From positions 1,614-65,613 of the forward strand of contig JAITJZ010000036.1 of assembly GCA_031278655.1 (NCBI GenBank): a stretch of DNA of 64,000 bases, given 5' to 3'. Each line of letters opens with the position of its first letter. Position 1 is the stretch's first letter. Below the pieces are notes generated by a model. It was given only the letters and a program-made list of their open reading frames with translations, was not told where the DNA came from and made no database searches. This document shows, one piece after another, positions 13,435 to 23,649 of the stretch. The DNA is from Bifidobacteriaceae bacterium. Lineage in GTDB: Bacteria; Actinomycetota; Actinomycetes; Actinomycetales; WQXJ01. The position numbers and the translations under genes were made by a program.

Positions 13435-13500
13435 TCATCTCCTAATCAGCCGCCGGGTCGCGTCCCCAGGTTGGGGGCGCGTGAACCGGCCGCGCCAGTG
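13435..13500 (-). promoter_or_regulatory. Putative L31 ribosomal-protein leader hairpin
   Basis: GCCGGTTCACGCG-CCCCCAACCTGGGGA-CGCGACCCGGC nested stem directly 5' of rpmE; resembles the CCGGTTCAC...CGACCCGG element I recall upstream of actinobacterial rpmE. Confidence 0.55.
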
Positions 13501-13601
13501 AGTATTCTGCCAGAACGAACAGGCGGCCGCGGATATTCCCGCCGCCCCCTGCCCGGTGCCGTCCGGCCGGCCCCGGCGTCCAGGACCGGCCGGGCGTCGG
13601 C

Positions 13602-15563
13602 TCAGTTGATGTCCGGGGTGGTCTTGTTGACCTGGAGCAGGAACTCGGCGTTGGACGAGGTCTTGCGCATCCGTTCCAGCAGCAGTTCGATGCCCTGCTG
13701 CTGGTCGAGGGCGCCCAGCACCCGCCGCAACTTCCAGTTGATCTTCAACTCGTCGGCCCCCATCAGCCATTCCTCGCGGCGGGTGCCGGAGGAATTGGCG
13801 TCGATGGCCGGGAAGATGCGCTTCTCCGAGAGCCCGCGCGACAGCCGCAGCTCCATGTTGCCGGTGCCCTTGAACTCCTCGAAGATGACCTCGTCCATCT
13901 TCGAGCCGGTCTCGACCAGGGCGGTCGCCAAGATGGTCAGCGAGCCGCCGCCCTCGATGTTGCGGGCCGCGCCGAAGAACTTCTTCGGCGGGTAGAGCGC
14001 CGAGGAGTCGACGCCGCCGGACAGGATCCGCCCGGAGGCGGGCGCGGCCAGGTTGTAGGCGCGCCCGAGGCGGGTGATGCCGTCAAGCAAGATGACCACA
14101 TCATGCCCCAGTTCCACCAGGCGCTTGGCGCGCTCGATCGCCAGTTCGGCCACGATCGTGTGGTCGGACGGCGGGCGGTCGAAGGTCGATGAGATGACCT
14201 CGCCCTTGACCGAGCGCTCGAAGTCGGTGACCTCCTCAGGTCGCTCGTCCACCAGCACCACCATCAGGTGCACCTCGGGGTTGTTGATGGCGATGGCGTT
14301 GGCGATGGCCTGCATGATCATGGTCTTGCCGGCCTTCGGCGGGGACACGATCAGGCCGCGCTGGCCCTTGCCGATGGGGCTGATCAGGTCGATCACCCTG
14401 GTGGTCAGGTTCTCCGAAGTGGTCTCCAGCTTCAACCGCTCCTGCGGGTAGAGCGGGGTCAGGGAGGCGAAATCGGGCCGCCTGCGGGCCTCGTCCGGGT
14501 TCATGCCGTTGACCGTGTCGAGCCGGACCAGGGCCTTGAACTTCTGCTGGCGGGCTTGGGCTTCGCCATCGCGGGCCTGACGGACCGCGCCCACGATCGC
14601 GTCGCCCTCGCGCAGGGACGACTTGCGCACCTGGCCCAGGGAGACGTAGACGTCGTTGGAGCCCGGCAGGTAGCCGGAGGTCCGCACGAAGGCGTAGTTG
14701 TCCATCACGTCCAAGATGCCGGCGACGGGGACGAGCACGTCGTCGTCGCGCAGTTCGACTTCTTCCGGGGCGCCGATGTCGCGCCCGCGCTGTTTGCGGT
14801 CGCGGAAGCGGTCGCGCCGGCCACGCCGGCGCCCGGAGCGGTCGTCGTCGTCGTTGAAGCCACGCTGCTGGCCGCCCTGCCCGCCGCCGTGCTGGCCGCC
14901 GTGCTGGCCGCCTTGGCGGTCGTTGTTCTGGCGGTCGGGGCGCCGGGTCGCCTGCTCGCGGGCGGCCTGTTCGCGGGCGGCCTGCTCGCGGGCGGCCTGG
15001 CGCTCGCGCGCCGAGGCGGCGTCAGCGGCGGCTGAGACATCTTGGACCGTCAGGTCCGCGCCGACGCCGCCCTTGGCGCCGGACTCGGTCTGCCCGGAAG
15101 GCGATCCCGCCGGGGCGCCGGCGCGGCGCCGACGGCGCCCAACCGCCTCAAGATCGGCTTTTACCAGGCTGACGGCTTGGGCCGCGCGGGCGGCCCGTTC
15201 CTCGGGCGTGGGCTCGACGTGGCCGCGGCCGGAGGCCGCGGCCGGTGGCGATTTGACCGGGGCGGCCGGCGCTGATTTGGCGGGCGCTGATTTGGTCGGC
15301 GCTGATTTGGCCGGCGCCGACGGCGGCGGCTCGGCCGACGGCGCTGAGGCCGGCGGCGCTGAGGCAGCTGAGGCGGCTGACGCGGCTCGGCGGGTCTTGC
15401 CGGCGGAAGCGGTGGCGGTTGAAGGGGCTTTGTCAGTCCCGATGGCGGCGATCAGATCGGCCTTGCGCATGCGAGAGGTACCTTTGATACCCATCGTCCC
15501 GGCTAACGCCTGCAATTCGGCCAATCGCAGCGCCCCAAGGGGCTTGTCGGTTGTGGTTGTCAC
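13602..15563 (-). CDS. rho: Transcription termination factor Rho with long low-complexity N-terminal insertion
   Basis: PIGKGQRGLIVSPPKAGKT, DERPEEVTD, FEEFKGTGNMEL. Confidence 0.98.
   Translation of the reverse strand: MTTTTDKPLGALRLAELQALAGTMGIKGTSRMRKADLIAAIGTDKAPSTATASAGKTRRAASAASAASAPPASAPSAEPPPSAPAKSAPTKSAPAKSAPAAPVKSPPAAASGRGHVEPTPEERAARAAQAVSLVKADLEAVGRRRRRAGAPAGSPSGQTESGAKGGVGADLTVQDVSAAADAASARERQAAREQAAREQAAREQATRRPDRQNNDRQGGQHGGQHGGGQGGQQRGFNDDDDRSGRRRGRRDRFRDRKQRGRDIGAPEEVELRDDDVLVPVAGILDVMDNYAFVRTSGYLPGSNDVYVSLGQVRKSSLREGDAIVGAVRQARDGEAQARQQKFKALVRLDTVNGMNPDEARRRPDFASLTPLYPQERLKLETTSENLTTRVIDLISPIGKGQRGLIVSPPKAGKTMIMQAIANAIAINNPEVHLMVVLVDERPEEVTDFERSVKGEVISSTFDRPPSDHTIVAELAIERAKRLVELGHDVVILLDGITRLGRAYNLAAPASGRILSGGVDSSALYPPKKFFGAARNIEGGGSLTILATALVETGSKMDEVIFEEFKGTGNMELRLSRGLSEKRIFPAIDANSSGTRREEWLMGADELKINWKLRRVLGALDQQQGIELLLERMRKTSSNAEFLLQVNKTTPDIN
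14868..15320. repeat. In-frame tandem repeats in rho (GGQH, AAREQ, KSAPA units)
   Basis: 12- and 15-bp units repeated 3-4 times each. Confidence 0.8.
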
Positions 15564-15796
15564 TAATGAACCTTTGTTTATTGGCTAGCGGGTCGGCGGG
15601 CACGCACAACTGCGCTGCCAGCTCAAACCCAGGATTAAGCGGCCTGCGCCGTTCACTTCATCGACGGCGGTCTGCGCGCTCGGGGAACATGCTAGCATCC
15701 TTCGCCGCCCAGGTCACGCGCAACCGCCGGACGTGTCCGCGAACCACCCCGGGCGCCCCGGCCCCACGCCGCCCAAGAGGCCGCCGCCCGGGGCGC

Positions 15797-16585
15797 TCAG
15801 GCGGCCAGAAGCTCGGGCAGCTGGTCTATCACCAGGTCCGCCCCGGCGGCCGTCAAGGCCGCCCGGCCAACCCCCCTGTCCAAGCCCACCACCAGGCCGA
15901 AGGCCCCGGCCCGCCCGGCCTCGACGCCGGAGATGGCGTCCTCGACCACGGCGGCCGCGCCGGCCGCGCAACCGAGGCGCCCGGCGGCGTAGAGGTACGT
16001 CTCCGGGGCCGGCTTGCCGGCCAGGTGCTCGTGGGCGGCCAGCACGCCATCGACCACCAACTCGAAGCGGTCGATCAACCCGGCGGCCGCCAGCACCGGC
16101 ACGGCGTTCTTGGAGGACGACACCACCGCCAGGCGTTTGCCGGCCCCGGCCAAGGCGTCCAGGACCGCGACCGTGCCCGGATAGGGCGCCACGCCGCCAT
16201 CGGCCAGCAGGCGGGCGAACTCGGCGTTCTTGCGGTTCCCGAGGGCGCCGATGGAGCCATCCCCGGGCGGGTCGGCGATCGACCCGAAGGGCAGGCGCAG
16301 ACCACGCGACTCGAGCAAGGCCGCCACCCCCTCGAAGCGGGGCTTGCCATCGATGTGGCGGAAATAGTCGTCCTCGCTGTAAGCGGTCGGGGCGGCGCGC
16401 GCCGCCAAGAACGGCGCCATGGTCCCCGCCCAAGCCCGGCGGTGCAATTCGGCGGTCGGCGTCAGCACCCCGTCCAGATCGAACAGGAACGCGCCGATCC
16501 CCGGAAACAACTCGCCCAACCGGTCCCCCTCAACCAATGCCACAGCCAATGCTTCAGTCAACGCCTCAGTCAACGCCTCAGTCAA
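15797..16585 (-). CDS. HAD-family hydrolase (beta-phosphoglucomutase-like); start uncertain
   Basis: FDLDGVLT motif I, VVSSSKN, GKPAP, VVEDAISGV. Confidence 0.88.
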   Translation of the reverse strand: MTEALTEALTEALAVALVEGDRLGELFPGIGAFLFDLDGVLTPTAELHRRAWAGTMAPFLAARAAPTAYSEDDYFRHIDGKPRFEGVAALLESRGLRLPFGSIADPPGDGSIGALGNRKNAEFARLLADGGVAPYPGTVAVLDALAGAGKRLAVVSSSKNAVPVLAAAGLIDRFELVVDGVLAAHEHLAGKPAPETYLYAAGRLGCAAGAAAVVEDAISGVEAGRAGAFGLVVGLDRGVGRAALTAAGADLVIDQLPELLAA

Positions 16586-16588
16586 CGC
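16554..16588. repeat. 12-bp tandem triplication containing the thrB stop codon
   Basis: TCAGTCAACGC at 16554, 16566 and 16578. Confidence 0.9.
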
Positions 16589-17468
16589 GCGCCACCGTCG
16601 CCCCCCGGGCGGCCACGGCCAGGCGCCGAAAACGCCAACCGCTCGGCTCCGGCACCGAGTCCGGGTCGGTGGTCAGCACCAACACGGCCGGGCCCGCCCC
16701 GGACACGACGGCCGCCAGGCCCCCGGCCCTGAGCGCCGCCACCAACTCGGTGGTGGCGGGCATGACCCCGGCCCGGTAGGGCTCGTGCAAGCGGTCCTGG
16801 GTGGCCTCAAACAGCAGCGACGGGTCGAAAGCCAAGGCGTGCACCAGCAGCGCCGCCCGGGCGACGTTGAAAACGGCGTCCACATGCGGCACCCGCACCG
16901 GCAGCGCCTCGCGCGCCACCGCCGTGGCCACGGAGCCGTCCGGTATCAGCGCCACCGCCGAGATACCCGGGTCGACCTGCAATTGCGCCGCCCGGGCCTG
17001 TTCCCCGGCCGTCCAGGCCACGGTCGCGCCGCCAAAGACCACCGGCGCGGCGTTGTCCGGGTGGCCCTCGAAGCCAGCCGTGAATTGGAAGACCCGGCCG
17101 GCGTTCAAGACGGCCGGGTTGGCGATCAGCCCGCGCGCGATCAGCGCCCCGGCCGCCACCGCCGCCGCCGAGGAGCCCAAGCCCTTGCCCTGCGGGATGC
17201 GGTTGAAGCAGTTCAGCTCCAGGTTGACCGGCGGCGCGCCGACCGACTCCAGGGCGCGGTGGGCCGAGCGCAAAACCAGATGCGAGGCGTCCTCCGGCAA
17301 CTCTCCGGCGCCCTCGCCGCGGACCACCACCCGGGACGGCCCGGCCACGGCCTTGGCCTCGACCTGGTCCCAGAGGTCCAGCGCCAATCCCAGCGAGTCG
17401 AAGCCCGGCCCCAGGTTGGCGCTGGTGGCGGGCACCTCCACCACCACGTGATCGGCCGCGAAGCGCAT
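16578..17468 (-). CDS. thrB: Homoserine kinase
   Basis: VPATSANLGPGFD, GLGSSAAA, EGHPDN, SGAGP. Confidence 0.96.
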   Translation of the reverse strand: MRFAADHVVVEVPATSANLGPGFDSLGLALDLWDQVEAKAVAGPSRVVVRGEGAGELPEDASHLVLRSAHRALESVGAPPVNLELNCFNRIPQGKGLGSSAAAVAAGALIARGLIANPAVLNAGRVFQFTAGFEGHPDNAAPVVFGGATVAWTAGEQARAAQLQVDPGISAVALIPDGSVATAVAREALPVRVPHVDAVFNVARAALLVHALAFDPSLLFEATQDRLHEPYRAGVMPATTELVAALRAGGLAAVVSGAGPAVLVLTTDPDSVPEPSGWRFRRLAVAARGATVARVD

Positions 17469-17472
17469 CGGC

Positions 17473-18771
17473 TCAGTCGCCTTCGACCCGCAGCACGCCC
17501 GCCACCTCGGCCACGACATCGAGCCCGGCCACCGCCGCGACGGTCTTCGCCAGCGCGCCCTCGGCCGCCCGGTGGGTCACAACCGTCAAGTCCGCCAGTC
17601 CGGCGCCGTGCGAGCCGGGCGTTTGGCGCACGGCCTCGATCGACACGCCCTCGTCGGCGATCACCCGCGAAACCGCCGCCAGCACGCCCGGCTGATCCTT
17701 GACCACCAGCCGGATCTGGAACCGGGTCAAGGCGGCGGTCACAGGCAGGGCCGGCAGGCTCAGGTAGGTCGACTCGCCCGGCCCCAGGGTGGCGCTGACC
17801 TTGTGGCGGGCGACCGTCACCAGGTCGCCGACCACCGCCGATGCCGTCGGGCGGCCCCCAGCGCCGCGGCCGTAGAACATCAACTCGCCCGCCGCCTCGG
17901 CCTCGACATAGATGGCGTTGAACGCACCGCGCACCGACGCCAACGGGTGCTCAAGAGGCACCAGCGCCGGGTGCACCCGCGCTATCACCCCATCGGCCCG
18001 GCGTTCCACAATCGCCAACAACTTGATGACATGGCCGGTGGCGCTGGCGGCGGCGACATCGGCGCGGCTGACGCCGCTGATGCCCTCACGGTAGACGTCA
18101 TCGGCGGAAATGCGGGTGTGAAAGGCCAAGGAGGCCAAAATGGCGGCCTTGGAGGCGGCGTCGAAACCCTCCACGTCGGCTGTCGGGTCGGCCTCGGCGT
18201 AACCGAGCTCCTGAGCTTGGCGGACGGCATCGTCCAACTCCAAACCCTCCCCGGTCATGCGATCCAAAACATAGTTGGTGGTGCCGTTGACAATCCCGAG
18301 GATGCGGGTGATGGTGTCCCCGGCCAGCGACTCGCGGATGGGACGCAAGATGGGGATGGCGCCGCCGACGGAGGCCTCGAAGTAAAGATCGACACCGGCG
18401 CGCTCGGCCGCGCCGTACAGCTCCGGCCCATGCGACGCCAGCAGCGCCTTGTTGGCCGTGACCACCGAGGCGCCAGACTCGAAGGCGGCCAGGATGGCCG
18501 AGCGGGCCGGCTCGATCCCACCGATCAGTTCGACCACCACATCGGCGCGGCGGGCCAAGCCGACGGCGTCCTCCGTCAACAAAGCCGGGTCCAGCCCCGC
18601 CAACGCCAGCGGCGCGGTCACGTCTTTGACGGCCACGCCGACCAACGCCAGCGGCGCGCCGACCCTTGAACGCAGGTCCGCGGCCGAGGCTTGAACAAGA
18701 CGGACCACTTCGCTGCCGACCGTGCCGCAGCCGAGCACGGCGACATCGATGGGGCGGTGATTCAGGCTCAC
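17473..18771 (-). CDS. hom: Homoserine dehydrogenase with ACT domain
   Basis: LGCGTVG, VVTANKAL, GIVNGTTN, GYAEADPT; RBS GAAGGAG before GTG 18771. Confidence 0.96.
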   Translation of the reverse strand: MSLNHRPIDVAVLGCGTVGSEVVRLVQASAADLRSRVGAPLALVGVAVKDVTAPLALAGLDPALLTEDAVGLARRADVVVELIGGIEPARSAILAAFESGASVVTANKALLASHGPELYGAAERAGVDLYFEASVGGAIPILRPIRESLAGDTITRILGIVNGTTNYVLDRMTGEGLELDDAVRQAQELGYAEADPTADVEGFDAASKAAILASLAFHTRISADDVYREGISGVSRADVAAASATGHVIKLLAIVERRADGVIARVHPALVPLEHPLASVRGAFNAIYVEAEAAGELMFYGRGAGGRPTASAVVGDLVTVARHKVSATLGPGESTYLSLPALPVTAALTRFQIRLVVKDQPGVLAAVSRVIADEGVSIEAVRQTPGSHGAGLADLTVVTHRAAEGALAKTVAAVAGLDVVAEVAGVLRVEGD

Positions 18772-18847
18772 TTGGACTCCTTCACGCTTGTCAGCAACTG
18801 CGCCAGCAACACAGTTCATAAACCACAACTCATCAACAAATCCCCCG

Positions 18848-20263
18848 CTAAGCGTAGAGGTCGCGGGCCAGCAAATCGGACACCGTCTCGCGGCGCACCA
18901 AGACATTGGCCAAGCCGTCGCGGACGGCCACCACCGGCGGGCGGCCAACCGAGTTGTAATTCGAGGACATCGAATGGCAATAGGCGCCTGTGACCGGCAC
19001 CGCCAAAATGTCCCCCGCCGTCACATCCGCCGGCAGATACTCATCCTTGACCACGATGTCCCCCGACTCGCAATGTTTGCCGACCACCCGGGACAGGCGC
19101 GGCGGCGCCTCGGAGCGGCGCGAGGCCAGGGTGGCCGAATAGTCGGCCCCGTACAGGGCCGTGCGGATGTTGTCGCTCATGCCGCCGTCGACCGAGACGT
19201 AAAGACGGTCGAAGCCGCCGCCCAGGCTGACCGATTTGACGGCGCCAACGGTGTAAAGGGTGACGCCGGCCGGCCCGGCGATGGCCCGGCCCGGCTCGAC
19301 CGTGACATGCGGCGCCGTCAGGCCCTCGGCCCGGAACTCCCGCTCGACGTGGGCGGCCATGCGGCCGGCCATGTCGACCGGGTCGAGCGGGTCGTGGCCG
19401 GTGGTGTAGGCGACGCCGAAGCCGCCGCCCAGCCCCAACTCCGTCAGGCGCAGCCCATGCTCGCGGTCCACCTGGGCCGTCAGCTGAGCCATCCGCTGAA
19501 TCGCATGGCCGAAGGCCTGGGCGTCGAAGATCTGCGAGCCGATGTGAGTGTGCAGGCCGCGCAGGCGCAGCCGGGGCCGCGCCAGGACGCGGGCCACGCC
19601 CTCGCGGACCGATCCGTCAGCGGCCGACAGGCCGAACTTCTGATCCTCATGCGAGGTGGCGATGAACTCATGGGTGTGGGCCTCGATGCCGATCGAGCAG
19701 CGCAACATGACCTGCGGCTGATGTCCGCCCGCCGCCGCCAGGCGGTCGAGCTGGTCGATCTCCGGCAGAGAGTCGATGACGATCAGATCGACCCCGGCCG
19801 CCATGGCGGCCACCAGTTCGGCGTCAGACTTGTTGGAGCCGTGGAAGGTGACCCGGCCGGGCGCGATCCCCCCCCGGGTGACGATCTCCAACTCGCCGCC
19901 GGTGCAAACATCGACCGCCAAGCCGTCCTCCGCCAACCAGCGCGCGATCCCAACCGTGATCAGCGCCTTGGCGGCGTAATGGACATGGGCGCCGCCCAGG
20001 CCCGCGAAGGCGTCGCCGAAAGCAGCGGCGAAGGCTGTCGCCCGCGCCCGGAAATCGGCCTCATCGATGACATAAGCGGGAGTGCCCACCTGAGCGGCCA
20101 AATCGGTGACGCTGAGACCCCCAACCTGGAGCACGCCATCGGCGGCCTTGGCGGCGTGCGCCGGCCAAATCGCCGCCAAAAGGGCGTTGACATCCTGCGG
20201 GACCTCCAACCAGGCCGGAGCCCGGCCCTGGGCGTGAAGCGAACCGGCCTCATGCGAAGACAT
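18848..20263 (-). CDS. lysA: Diaminopimelate decarboxylase
   Basis: HYAAKA, HIGSQI, EPGRAI, KHCESGD. Confidence 0.96.
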   Translation of the reverse strand: MSSHEAGSLHAQGRAPAWLEVPQDVNALLAAIWPAHAAKAADGVLQVGGLSVTDLAAQVGTPAYVIDEADFRARATAFAAAFGDAFAGLGGAHVHYAAKALITVGIARWLAEDGLAVDVCTGGELEIVTRGGIAPGRVTFHGSNKSDAELVAAMAAGVDLIVIDSLPEIDQLDRLAAAGGHQPQVMLRCSIGIEAHTHEFIATSHEDQKFGLSAADGSVREGVARVLARPRLRLRGLHTHIGSQIFDAQAFGHAIQRMAQLTAQVDREHGLRLTELGLGGGFGVAYTTGHDPLDPVDMAGRMAAHVEREFRAEGLTAPHVTVEPGRAIAGPAGVTLYTVGAVKSVSLGGGFDRLYVSVDGGMSDNIRTALYGADYSATLASRRSEAPPRLSRVVGKHCESGDIVVKDEYLPADVTAGDILAVPVTGAYCHSMSSNYNSVGRPPVVAVRDGLANVLVRRETVSDLLARDLYA

Positions 20264-20264
20264 G

Positions 20265-21926
20265 TCACATCCTTTCCGGCGCGCTGACGCCGAGCAGCGC
20301 CAAGCCGTTGGCCAGCACCTGGCCGGTGGCGTCATTCAGCCACAAGCGCGTGCGGTGGTTGTCGGCGAGGGGCTCGTCCGCCAGCGGGATGACCCGGCGT
20401 TGGTCGTACCACTTGTGATAAGCGCTGGCCAGAGCCTCCAAATAGCGGGCCACCCGGTGCGGCTCGCGCAGGCGGGCGGCCATCGCCACAACCCCCGGGA
20501 ACTCCGCCAATTGGCCCAGCAGCACCGCCTCCGAGGCGTGGTCAAGGGTCTCGGGCGCGAAACCGTCCGCCCGCGCCACCCCGGCTTTGGCGGCGTTGCG
20601 GTCGACCGCGCGGGTGCGGGCGTGGGCGTATTGGACGTAATAAACCGGGTTCTCGTTCGACTGCGCCGCCCACAGGTCGAGGTCGATCTCCAGCGACGAG
20701 TCGATCGAGGAACGCACCAAGGCGTAACGGGCGGCGTCGCGGCCGATCGCGTCCGTCAGGTCCTCCAGCGTCACCACCGTCCCGGCGCGTTTCGACATCT
20801 TCACCGGCTGATGGTCCTTGACCAGGAAAACCAGTTGCCCGATCAACACTTCGACACGCTCCGGCTGGTCGCCCAAGGCCGCCGCCGCCGCCTTCAGGCG
20901 GCCGATGTAACCGTGGTGGTCCGCGCCCAGCAGGTAGACCGCCAAGTCGGCGCCGCGCCCACGTTTGTTCTGGAAATAGGCGATGTCGCCCGCGATATAG
21001 GCCGCCTGGCCGTCAGACTTGATGACGACGCGGTCTTTGTCGTCGCCGTGGTCGCTGGAGCGCAGCCACCAGGCGCCGTCACGTTGGTAAAGGTGGCCGC
21101 TTTGTTTCAGCCGCCCGATGACGCCGGCCACCTCGCCGCTGTCATAAAGCGAACGCTCGTGGAAGTAAACGTCGAAGTCGACGCCGAAGTCATGGAGGGT
21201 CCGCTTGATCTCAGCGAACATGATCTCCACGCCGGCAGACCGGAAGGCCTCCAGTTGCTCCGGCTCGGCCAGCGCCGTGATGCCTGGGGCGGCGGCGGCG
21301 ATCGAGTTGGCGATGTCCTCGATGTAGCTGCCGCCGTAGCCGTCATCAGGCGTCGGCCAGCCGTGGGCGGCGGCCATCAGCGAAGCCGCGAAACGATCGA
21401 TCTGGGCGCCGTGGTCGTTGAAATAGTATTCGCGCACCACCTCGGCGCCCTCTGCGGCCATGGCCCGGGCGAGCGAGTCGCCGACCGCCGCCCAACGGGC
21501 GCCGGCCAGATGCAGCGGGCCGGTCGGGTTGGCGGAGACGAACTCCAAGTTGATGGTCTGGCCCGCCAGTTCCTCGCCCCGGCCATAGGCCGCCCCGGCG
21601 GCGACGATCTCTTTGGCCAGGACGCCGGCGGCGGCCTTCGCCAACGTCAGGTTCACAAAACCGGGCCCCGCCACCTCGGCCGCGGCGACGGCATCGTGCG
21701 CGGAGATGTACCGCGCCAAAACCTCGGCCAACTGCCGGGGCGGCAAACCCGCCGGCCCCGCCAACCGCAGGGCCACGTTGGTCGACCAGTCGCCGTGCTG
21801 GCGCTGGCGGGGCCGCTCGACATGGACCTGGTCGGGGATGGCGGCGGGGTCCAAAGGCAAGGCCGCGTCCGCCACCGCCCGGCGAAGGGCGGCGCTGAGC
21901 GCTTGCGAAAGCTCGGCTGGAGTCAC
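20265..21926 (-). CDS. argS: Arginine--tRNA ligase
   Basis: [34 protein letters not shown]-terminus. Confidence 0.98.
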   Translation of the reverse strand: MTPAELSQALSAALRRAVADAALPLDPAAIPDQVHVERPRQRQHGDWSTNVALRLAGPAGLPPRQLAEVLARYISAHDAVAAAEVAGPGFVNLTLAKAAAGVLAKEIVAAGAAYGRGEELAGQTINLEFVSANPTGPLHLAGARWAAVGDSLARAMAAEGAEVVREYYFNDHGAQIDRFAASLMAAAHGWPTPDDGYGGSYIEDIANSIAAAAPGITALAEPEQLEAFRSAGVEIMFAEIKRTLHDFGVDFDVYFHERSLYDSGEVAGVIGRLKQSGHLYQRDGAWWLRSSDHGDDKDRVVIKSDGQAAYIAGDIAYFQNKRGRGADLAVYLLGADHHGYIGRLKAAAAALGDQPERVEVLIGQLVFLVKDHQPVKMSKRAGTVVTLEDLTDAIGRDAARYALVRSSIDSSLEIDLDLWAAQSNENPVYYVQYAHARTRAVDRNAAKAGVARADGFAPETLDHASEAVLLGQLAEFPGVVAMAARLREPHRVARYLEALASAYHKWYDQRRVIPLADEPLADNHRTRLWLNDATGQVLANGLALLGVSAPERM

Positions 21927-21976
21927 CGGGCAATGGTACTAACACTGGCGCGGTCTGGTTGTGTTTGGATTGAGGG

Positions 21977-22651
21977 ATGCCAGGCAAGGTCCCGCCCGAG
22001 CGGCGGTTGGGGAAGATCGACCAGGTGGCCGAGGACATGCGCGAACAGATCGTGTCCGGCGCCTGGCCGGTTGGCGCGCGCATCCCGACCGAGCCGGAGT
22101 TGGCGGCCGCGGCCGGCACCGGGCGCAACACCATCCGCGAGGCCGTCCAGTCCCTCGTCCACGCCGGGCTGCTGGAACGGCGCCAGGGTTCGGGCACCTA
22201 TGTGGTGTCGACCTCCGAGTTGCCGACGGTCATGGAGCGGCAGTTCGCCTGCGCCTCGCAGCGCGACGTGCTCGAAGTCCGGCAAGCCTTGGAGATCGTG
22301 GCGGCCTCCCTGGCCGCCCGGCGGCGCACCCCGGAGCAGGTCGAACGCCTGCGCGCGCTGCTGGCGGCGCGGACTCAAGCGGTGGCGGGCGGGTGCCTGG
22401 ACGAGATGGTGGCGACTGACATGCGTCTGCACCGCTTCATCGCCAAGATCGCCGCCAACCCGGTGCTGGCCGAGCTTTACGCCACGGTGCTGGGCGCGGT
22501 GGCGGAGAACATCCGCCACAACTTTCAACGCATGGGCGCGCAGGGCGACGCGCATCTGAACCTGGTGGAGGCGATCGCGCGCGGCGATTCGGGCGGCGCC
22601 GCCCGCGAGATCGAACGCTATCTGCACGAGATGGGCGCCTGGCTGCCTTGA
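21977..22651 (+). CDS. GntR/FadR family transcriptional regulator
   Basis: IPTEPELA...RNTIREAV...RRQGSGTYV wHTH plus FCD domain. Confidence 0.92.
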   Translation: MPGKVPPERRLGKIDQVAEDMREQIVSGAWPVGARIPTEPELAAAAGTGRNTIREAVQSLVHAGLLERRQGSGTYVVSTSELPTVMERQFACASQRDVLEVRQALEIVAASLAARRRTPEQVERLRALLAARTQAVAGGCLDEMVATDMRLHRFIAKIAANPVLAELYATVLGAVAENIRHNFQRMGAQGDAHLNLVEAIARGDSGGAAREIERYLHEMGAWLP

Positions 22652-22717
22652 GCCGAGGCGCCTCGCGCGCTGATACAGTAGATGGCCGGTCGGGGCCGCT
22701 CAGCGGCTGGCCGAGGC

Positions 22718-22790
22718 GCCCTCGTAGCTCAGGGGATAGAGCGTCCGCCTCCGGAGCGGAAGGTCGCAGGTTCGAATCCTGTCGAGGGCA
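22718..22790 (+). tRNA. tRNA-Arg(CCG)
   Basis: GCCCTCG/CGAGGGC acceptor stem, TCCGC-CT-CCG-GA-GCGGA anticodon arm, GGTTCGAATCC T-loop. Confidence 0.96.
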
Positions 22791-22809
22791 CTGAAGCGGA
22801 ACAGTTCAA

Positions 22810-22833
22810 ACCGGACGCGACATCTGCGTCTGG
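22810..22833 (+). terminator. Possible terminator hairpin after tRNA-Arg
   Basis: CCGGACGC-GACATCT-GCGTCTGG stem-loop; no clear U-tract. Confidence 0.4.
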
Positions 22834-23078
22834 GTGGGACGCGGGTTGTTGGGCTGGCCCTTGGCGGCCGACGACGCCCACCTGTACCTCTGGGTTCCCA
22901 GCGCCCTGCTCGTGGAAGGGCTGAAAGTCATGAGGGGGTCTTCGAGGTTGTCCCTGACCATGTGACGGTACGCGCTCCCCGTCGAGCCCGCTAGCTCCCC
23001 GTCTGCGACCTGTGGATAACCTGGCCACAGGTTCGCTCAGCGGCCGCCTCAGTCGGCGCACAGCCAGCCGCGCGCCGA

Positions 23079-23119
23079 CAAGCTAGGTATACAATCGGTA
23101 TATGTCTGATACTAGCTTG
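23079..23119 (+). promoter_or_regulatory. TA promoter/operator: TACAAT -10 inside an 8-bp inverted repeat
   Basis: CAAGCTAG (23079-86) and CTAGCTTG (23112-19) flank TACAAT (23090-95) and the ATG at 23102. Confidence 0.6.
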
Positions 23120-23386
23120 ATACATCTGAGAACCACATCAGCTCAGAAGCGGTGGCTTCAACGAGCCGCCGACAACTTCGGCCTCCCGCTCAGCACTTTC
23201 GTGCTGAAAGCGGCGCAGCAGGTCGCCGATTCCGGCGAGCTGGTCATCAAGGCCGATCTGACGCCGACGCCCTGGCTGGCCGCCCAGATTGAGCAAGCGG
23301 CGGCCGAGGAGCCCGAGGCCGTTTTCGACCTGCCGCGAGACCACGGCGCCATGGACGCTTATCTGAGCGCGCTGGCCGGCGAATGA
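23102..23386 (+). CDS. Type II antitoxin, ribbon-helix-helix (RelB/DinJ- or DUF1778-like)
   Basis: IHLRTT...K...AA..FGLPLSTFVL RHH pattern, acidic C-terminus, 4-bp overlap with the toxin gene. Confidence 0.8.
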   Translation: MSDTSLIHLRTTSAQKRWLQRAADNFGLPLSTFVLKAAQQVADSGELVIKADLTPTPWLAAQIEQAAAEEPEAVFDLPRDHGAMDAYLSALAGE

Positions 23387-23649
23387 TCCGCGTCGCCTAC
23401 ACCGAGACGTTTCACAAGGCTCTGGCGAGACTGGCGCCGAAGCAGCGCCGGGCGGCGGTGGGCGCCATCGAGCTGTGGTTGGACTCCCCGACCGACCCGA
23501 GACTGCGCGTCCACCATTTGAAAGGCGACTGGGCTGGCCATTTCTCCATCAGCGCGGGCGGCGATCTGCGGGTGCATCTGTGGTGGGAGTCCAAAGGCGT
23601 GGCTGTCCGCGCGGTGACGGTGGGCGCCCACAGCCAGCTTTACGGGTGA
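23383..23649 (+). CDS. Type II toxin, RelE/YafQ-family mRNA interferase
   Basis: 88 aa; F.K....L, H.LKGDWAG..SI...GDLR, C-terminal GAHSQLY. Confidence 0.85.
   Translation: MIRVAYTETFHKALARLAPKQRRAAVGAIELWLDSPTDPRLRVHHLKGDWAGHFSISAGGDLRVHLWWESKGVAVRAVTVGAHSQLYG

Noticed and set aside
14800-15430. Long Rho N-terminal insertion
   Set aside because: A well-known feature of actinobacterial Rho; only the repeat content was recorded.
22729-23061. Short ORFs overlapping the tRNA genes (also 23897-24091)
   Set aside because: They overlap clear tRNA genes and have no protein motifs.
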